DNA of 55,024 nt, filler included, from Sphacelaria rigidula (taxonomy: Eukaryota): assembly GCA_964200075.2 (NCBI GenBank). It is 4 parts of 4 records of this genome, joined end to end, with 100 filler letters (N's around TTAATTAATTAA, not from the genome) between each part and the next. Parts side by side here need not be neighbours in the genome. Positions count along the whole stretch, not along the records: positions 41,346 to 55,024 come from CAXNAA020002727.1; 3 more parts are not named here. One strand, 5' to 3'. Under the pieces are notes generated by a model. It was not told where the DNA came from, did no database searches, and saw only the letters and a program-made list of their open reading frames with translations. This document shows positions 48,980 to 55,024 of the stretch, piece after piece (the stretch's first letter is position 1; each line of letters opens with the position of its first letter). Position numbers and translations under genes: made by a program.

Positions 48980-51798
48980 GGATTCGTGGCTCGTACAGAG
49001 TGGGGGTTCAAATTCACCTCGAACTGCATTATCGTACACTTTCACCATCCTTCAGTACTCTATCGTGGAGACTTTGGACATAACGGTCAAGGTTATCAAG
49101 AATCAGGACCCAGCAACTATATGACATGGCGTAACCATCAAAGCTTGACCCACCATGTGTGCGTCAACGTACCTCACTTCCTTCCCGAAAACCCGTCGGC
49201 AAAGTGCGTGATTGAAACGCCTCTAATTCCAGTGTAGATGAGGAGATGGAGGGCTCACATTTTCCGGTGTTGACCAAATTATGCCCTCATTCTTGTTACA
49301 AGTGAACATCTCAGGTTTCAACCTGAGAGCACCCCACGCACCCATTGCTCGGGGCACGCTCTGAACCCGCTTCCCCGGTGTATTTCGGTGTTGGAGGAAA
49401 CACGGTCATCAACTACGCACCGTGGGCGACGTGTTGGGGTAGAAGAGCCGCATACGGTACACGAGATAGTGGTTGTGGTTTCGATCGTACTGCCAGGTAT
49501 TCTTTTGTTGAATCTTCTATATACACGTGGATGCATCTGGGTGCAGGTAATATTTGTTTTTTTCGGTTATTTTTGAGGCGCGCAGCCCTTGTACCCTGGC
49601 AGGCGCGCGCGGAAGGAGGGATGGGGGGGCAGGGGGAAGCGTAATTCGGAGATAGGAAAGTTAGCAGAAGTACGGATTGGTATCAATACCGTTTAATCGT
49701 ACTTTGGACCCTCGATATTCGTTGCTTCAAATATCATCGTTGCGAAATCTTCGCTTCTGGCGCCGTGAGTCCACCCTTGTTTCCTCTTTTTGTCTTGTTT
49801 TTTGCTTCAGGTGTGGGGGCTACAAGAGAGCATTGCGATGGTACCAGGACGGGATCCTGACCTGAGGGCGCCGGCCCCACGGGCGATTTGCATACACGAG
49901 ATTTCCGTGCAGATGGAGTTGACGACAGACGGCAAGCGAAATTCCAACCTTTTGGTGAGGATTTGTTATACCCCCCCCCATTTACCACATGACCTTCAGA
50001 GTGTATGAGATGTGTTCTCATAACTTCTCTCGCAATCGTATCGCTTGACCGTGGAACTGCTTCTAGACGGGACGCATGAGTTTGACAAGAAATTTTCACG
50101 TGAATATGTGCGAGCATCCAAGAGATGAACACCCGTGCGCCGTCAAAGGGTTGAAGGGTCGACCATTCTGTCAGTATTTTTTCAAGGGCTCGTGTAAATT
50201 TCAGAGATTCAGATTTTTAGGGGGTTTGGGCCGTCGAAATATTTTACAAGGTGAGAGGCTGGGCCCTCGCCGCGTAGAGGCAACTAGCTCTTGCCGATTT
50301 CCATCTTAGGAATTGGCGCCCTGATGCCAACGTGCTATCATCACAGTATTCCTCGCGAGTCACAGTAGGCCATTGAGGAGTGAACGTTGGGATCACTTCA
50401 TGGGATTGATCGTTTAACAGTCATCGCGACATTCTTTAGTCTGATGTCGCCAGCCAATGGTGAGGATTCCAAACGCTTTGGCTTCGAAAGATTGAGGTTT
50501 GCACCTGTCGCATCGGACCTTAACCCACCATTCTTACCCTGACATTGTGCGTGCCAACCTTGAACCCATTCAGACAGGGCATGTTTATGCTATGCGTGAA
50601 TAAAATCTGTCCTCGCTTGTCTTCCTCCGTAGAATCTGTGGTGATGGTGCGAAGCATTGTGCTAGCTGTCGGCAGCCGTCACTGCTGCGATTCTGTAGTG
50701 GTTGGCCACAGGGTGCGAATCATTCGCCGGGATTCATACCGTCGCAACGCACAGAGCTGTAAGGTTGACTTCGATGCGAGACCTCGCCACGGTGTGTAGG
50801 TGTCGGGTGGGGGTTGAGCGCTATATTGTACTTGCTCATCGTGTGGGTTGAGTGAGACATTCAATGTGCCACGGCGAGACCATGTATACCTCGGCGGAAA
50901 ATTGCGCTTTCTATTCTTGTACGAGTGCTGCTGCTCTGCGGTCGAAAACAGGCCAGAAGTGTCCACTTTTTGAAATCTCACCATTTTCACCTGAACAACG
51001 CCTGCATGACCAAGTTGCTCATCTGCAAGAGGTCAGATGGTTACGCCTTGGAGCTGAGGAATGTTGGTATCTTTACTGATGGAGAATTCAAACCTTTCAT
51101 CGCACAATCAAGTCACCAGCGTTCCCGTTGGCTACATGGGCTCAAATTGAAGGCTTGACGGAAATGGTTTTTTGAACAGCTCCCTCCCATCAACTTCAGC
51201 TTCCTAACTTGTTATTCCCGCATTTATTTTTGTACCGTCCCACTTGTGTTGGCGTATCGCTATTTTGTTTTATTTTATTTTTCGATAAATTTGTGCGGCG
51301 GGGAAAAAGCCAAATCTATCGTGCAGTCTTTACCAACAGCAAACCGCGGGCAAGAGCCTCGTCCATCGGGGTAGGTTAGTGCAGGGGACACCACGAGCAG
51401 GAGAGCCGGGAATGGTGTTAGCAGCAACTCTACCCCGTAGCGCCGTGGTATCAGGGACTTTTCAGGTAAAAAGCGCATCAATCCACCTAGCATTGCGATC
51501 CAACAAGTTCCCATCGAACACTTTGTCAGACTGTATTCAGCTGCGAAGAGTTGAGGGTGACGTGTGACACGTGTGACTGAAATAGGGCAAAAAAATGGCG
51601 GAAATCGTATTTTCGGCTACAGTCGGCTGTGCCGTGGTCGCAAAGTGGTGGTCCTGCATAAGTTGTGATCGTACAACAATGCATGTCGTACTGTAGGCGC
51701 GCAGTGTCTGAGATGGCACGCAGACAAGGCCTGCAGCACACCAAGGCGGCTGATGGTGTGCGGACCGGTGAGCAGTGGGTGATTGAAGCTTCTAGAGA

Positions 51799-52070
51799 CC
51801 CGGTGGTGTAATGGTCCGACTGTCGCAATTAGGGTGGAGAGAACGAGGGTTCGATTCCCGATGCGTTGGGTTTTTCTTCGTATTACCTGATTTCCACCGT
51901 GGGGAGCGTGAGACCGTGAGTAAACAAAATAGTCGACTGATTTTGTTCGACGTAAGTTGATGCGGTGCGGGAGTGCTAACCCAACCCGCACGACCAAAAT
52001 GCAAGGCGTGTACCCGGGGAGGGATGGGTTGATCCCTTGAGACCAGGGACTCATCCCGAGGAATGGGAGG
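51799..52070 (+). mobile_element. tRNA-headed SINE-like repeat, family B
   Basis: TGGTGTAATGG box A and GGTTCGATTCC box B. The body matches 27229-27466. A 3' fragment also lies at about 54220-54275. Confidence 0.7.
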
Positions 52071-52501
52071 GTTTCAAAGCCTGGGAAAAAAAAAGAGAAG
52101 GTCGAAGTTCCGACTGAGATTGTTGTATTCTAGAAGCAAGTCAACCGGTTCTCAACCCTCGACAGAGAAGCGCGGTTGCGCTGCTCAATTTCAAGTTATT
52201 TCCCATGAAATTTCGACGCGATGTACATGATGTATGTGCAAAGCCCCCATCGTTTCCCCCTCGTTTTTTTTTTTCCTCGTGAGTTATTGGTTATCAAAAT
52301 TTCGGAACATTTATCCTGATATAAATGCATCGACAACTCATCGATAAAAAGTTCAAGGGGCACAAAAGGGTCTTTACAACATACCTCATGCACATCGTGT
52401 CAAAAAATCGTGGGAAAAGACTTCGAGTTCAACGGCATAACCGCGTTTCATTTTTTGGTTGCTGGTCCATCTCCACGTAGGAACCGGTCTTCGACACAAA
52501 T

Positions 52502-52791
52502 ACACGATCATGCAGCTCAAGTTTGGGTCGTTTAATATCATTTTGGCACTATGTACAGGATGTATGTGCGAAGATCCCATCATTTCCCCTCTACATTTTT
52601 TTTATTTTCTCCGTGAGCTATTGGCGACTAAATATTTCTGAACAGTTTTTCGAAACTTTATCGTGAATAACTCACGGAAAAAAAAACTGTAGGGGGGAGA
52701 TGATATTAATAGGATCTTCGCACATATGGCCTGTCATCGTGTCAAGATAGGAAGAAAAAACAAATCAAAAATGAGCTGCATAGTCGCGTGT
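52502..52791. repeat. Foldback (long imperfect inverted repeat); related unit at about 52200-52420
   Basis: ATGCAGCTCA...ATGTGCGAAGATCC...CCGTGAGCTATT versus AATAACTCACGG...GGATCTTCGCACAT...TGAGCTGCAT. Confidence 0.7.
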
Positions 52792-53079
52792 TCACATTCC
52801 TGTCCGCGTCTTGGGTGGCCCAGCCTGTACAGCACGAGGTGGGTGTAAACTAGTTCGTATCCTCAAGTTCATGGTTGACACGTTTTCGAAATATCGCTAA
52901 CCTAACCCTACCTACTCGAACGCATATCGAAAACCCTCCGGCAAGGGGCTGGAAAGAGTGCCCGAGGCAGACCTCAGACGCTGATTTAGTCAAGTATGAG
53001 TTCTGCACAGACTGGAACCATTCGGGAGTGTCAACCCCACTAATGATCCGAATCTTGGTGCTCACACCCAAATCAATGA

Positions 53080-53642
53080 TGGACAAGTCGAATAGGGTAT
53101 ATACTTTTGCATACTCGGGGGGGGGCAACACGACTATTTTCTCAAGTAGACCTAACCAATTGGTCGTACACAGTATCTGGTACGTGGTTTTACTTGATGT
53201 CGGCCTAAACGCCGATATTCAGATCTTCGGAGGGGTTGACTATCCCAATTATTCCTCGCTCGTTGAGAACGTTATTTTGTGCAAGATCGGCGCCGCGGGC
53301 GCCGACTTGAAGTCTCGAAATGCACGCTTTGCCTAGGAAACACTCCGCCCCCCCCCCCCCCCCCGGGGTCTCGGGATCCTTGGGCGGGGGTAGGGGTGGG
53401 GGCCCCCCCCCCCGGCAAAACCACGCGTGTCTTGCCCAGGGGCCCTTCATTTTCTTTACACAACGTTTGAGTAGATTGAGTACAGCTTCTAATACAAATA
53501 CTCCACATAATTTTTGGGTAGATTGGGTACGATATTGAAGGTAAATTGAGTACGATTTCAATACTCTACCCAAATGTTGGAAAACTAGAGTATGGCGTTT
53601 CAAAATTCCGAGTGTCGGGTATAACCTACCCGACCTTCCCTT
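53080..53642. mobile_element. Second, more degenerate copy of the TACTCGA-type TIR element
   Basis: The left end GTCGAATAGGGTATATACTTTTGCATACTCG resembles 43452-43480. The right end is CCTACCCGACCTTCCC. Internal GAGTAG/TACTC repeats at 53465-53600. Confidence 0.45.
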
Positions 53643-55024
53643 GCAATCAATCACGTTTCAACCGTGAAATTGGCATTACTTTCACTCGAAAAATGACCGT
53701 GCGATCCGGATGACCTCGACCGTGATGAATCAGATGGCCGTCGACGACAATATCGTGTTGATGGCGAGGAATCATGGAGACATGACAATGACGGTCTTCA
53801 CTGCGACGAACTGCGGTTATTTCGGTACTGCCTTTCTGTACTACTAAAGCGATGCAGTGCCTCATTGCTGTTCCATAGTGCCTCTTCGCGACACGATGCT
53901 CACGATTTTCTGCCCTTTTCACTGTCCCTGCAAGTTCTGCATGTGGTCTGCAAATCTGTCGTCCATGACCAAGTAAAACCCCGCCTCCAAGAAACGCCTG
54001 ACAAATGGTGTGCACTACTTCACCCTTTGGGAACCCTGCCCTTTCGTCCCCGCGCCAGAAGCCTCATTATTTCAAGTCCCGACAAAAAAAATAATAAGAA
54101 CAGAAGAGGCCGACGACACCCATTTTTACGGCGAAAGGTCACAGAAGGATCCACCAGCATATGTCATGCGCGCACCAATGTGTCACTCCGGTGCGGCCGG
54201 ATTAGCTTTGTCCAGTAAAACGCGGTGCAGGAGTGCTGACCCAATCCGCGAGACCAAAATACAAGGCATGTACAGGCTGGGCCGCCTAAGAAGCGGACTT
54301 TCCTTCAGCCGGTTTTAACTGACTATCTGTCGCGAGTTGTGCCTACTACGACCCATTGTGGTGATCTGCAAATCAACGCGCGTCTTTCGCTTCACGTATC
54401 ACTGCGATCTGAAGAGTTCCCATGACACGAAAAACCAAACTTTATTCAACTGCGAATTGTAGGGAGTTGAGGGTGGCATGTGCGGCGGAATTAGAGCGAA
54501 AAAACGGCGGAAATCGCATTTTCGGTTACAGTCAGTTGTGCCGCGGCCACAAAGTGATGGTGCTGCACAAGTTGTGGTTATACAACAATGCATATCGTAC
54601 TGTAGGCGCGCAGTGTCTGAGATGGTACGCAGACGAGACCTCCAGCGCGCCAAGGCGTCTGGTAGTAGTGTGCAAATGTGTGAGCAGTGGGTGAAGAAAG
54701 CTTGGAGAAAACGTGAAAACTCCGGCTGAGGTTGTTGTACTCTAGAAGCAAGCCGACCGGTTCTCAACAGAAAAGTGCGGTTGCATTGTTCAATTTTGAA
54801 TCGTTTGCTATGAAATTTTGACATGATGTACATGAGGTATGCGCGGAGCTCCTATCGTTTCCCCTCCATCTTTTTTCCTTTCCGCTCATGAGTTATTGGT
54901 GACCGACATTTCGGAACAATTTATTTCGGTACAAAATTGTCGACAATTTTTCAGTACTCATGATCATGCATGCCATAGTCATAAGACCATTGACCTCGCA
55001 TCCCTACAAAGCCGGGACGGAGCA

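Larger units (their letters stand above)
51490..54960. repeat. Two copies of a ~550-bp repeat (about 51490-52330 with a SINE insertion; about 54410-54950 without)
   Basis: Shared ACAACAATGCAT.TCGTACTGTAGGCGCGCAGTGTCTGAGATGG and TCTAGAAGCAAG...ACCGGTTCTCAAC. Confidence 0.8.

Overview
Eukaryotic, intron- and repeat-rich DNA. The long GT-AG introns, short exons, TTAGGG-type repeats and repeat style suggest a brown alga (Phaeophyceae); this is an inference. The window is not contiguous. It is four fragments of about 13.68 kb (1-13685, 13786-27466, 27567-41245, 41346-55024) joined by 100-bp N spacers that carry a TTAATTAATTAA linker. I could build three spliced genes by hand with consistent exon phases. 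(1) A PUB+UBX-domain p97/CDC48 cofactor (minus strand, 6 exons, 719-7766). (2) A bromodomain + SET/post-SET histone lysine methyltransferase of Set1/Trx type (plus, 6 exons, 14613-19679, probably 5'-incomplete). (3) An FKBP12-type prolyl isomerase (plus, 4 exons, 21895-27057, one GC-AG intron). Fragments 3 and 4 are mostly decayed transposons: a MULE/FAR1-type transposase pseudogene, a DIRS-like tyrosine-recombinase retroelement, Ty3/Gypsy remnants, tRNA-headed SINE-like repeats, nested MITEs and a dispersed repeat carrying telomeric hexamers. No CRISPR array, rRNA or intact tRNA was found. I found no convincing novel multi-gene system. The best leads are the telomere-repeat-bearing element family and its nesting pattern, the bromo-SET protein, a 90-bp palindrome and an intronic 43-bp hairpin array.
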